Assembly (NCBI RefSeq): GCF_001194135.2
Contig: NC_068984.1
Location: forward strand, 105,424,626-105,457,907
Length of the DNA: 33,282 nucleotides
Source: Octopus bimaculoides
Lineage: Eukaryota
Direction of reading: 5' to 3'
Below the pieces are notes generated by a model. That model had not been told where the DNA came from. It searched no databases and worked only from the letters and a program-made list of their open reading frames with translations. This document shows, one piece after another, positions 33,128 to 33,282 of the stretch. Positions within the stretch are counted from its first letter, which is position 1; each line of letters starts with the position of its first letter. The position numbers were made by a program, and so were the translations under genes.

Positions 33128-33282
33128 CCGGGGAAGTTTAACATGTGAGTACGATAAATCACTGCTCCGAAACTTATCCAAAAACATCGGAAATAAAGAC
33201 ATCGCATGGAGCCCAAATATAGCTGACAAAGGGTTGGACTATACCCGAGTAAGTAATACTCATTGAAATTTATTCCTATTTT

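Noticed and set aside
33130-33250. Open frame (..EYDKSLLRNLSKNIGNKDIAWSPNIADKGLDYTR) ending at a GTAAGT donor
   Set aside because: No credible acceptor or start after the (TAA)n tract and no recognisable homology. It is at the window edge.

Overview
AT-rich, microsatellite-dense, gapped eukaryotic DNA. The SINE/LINE repertoire looks like an octopus or other coleoid cephalopod (inference from repeat families, not verified). Most of the window is decayed transposable elements: two RTE LINE families, two Penelope-like elements (PLEs), two Dong/R4 LINE pieces in (TAA)n, a Tx1-like fragment, an APE-type LINE, a mariner with intact TIRs, another DNA-transposon relic, Helitron-like non-autonomous copies, a long-TIR MITE and many tRNA-derived SINEs. 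The one convincing host gene is a 57-aa microprotein ORF (7160-7333, minus strand), just below the ORF-track cutoff, which resembles PIGBOS1. The main unexplained signals are: two hammerhead-ribozyme motifs (one at the 3' end of a PLE, one immediately 5' of an APE-type LINE); a PLE with an inverted terminal copy whose GIY and YIG endonuclease motifs are separated by about 850 bp of low-complexity sequence; a nested PLE > mariner + SINE stack; and a perfect 83-bp palindrome inside a SINE. All alignments were done by eye and TE boundaries are approximate.
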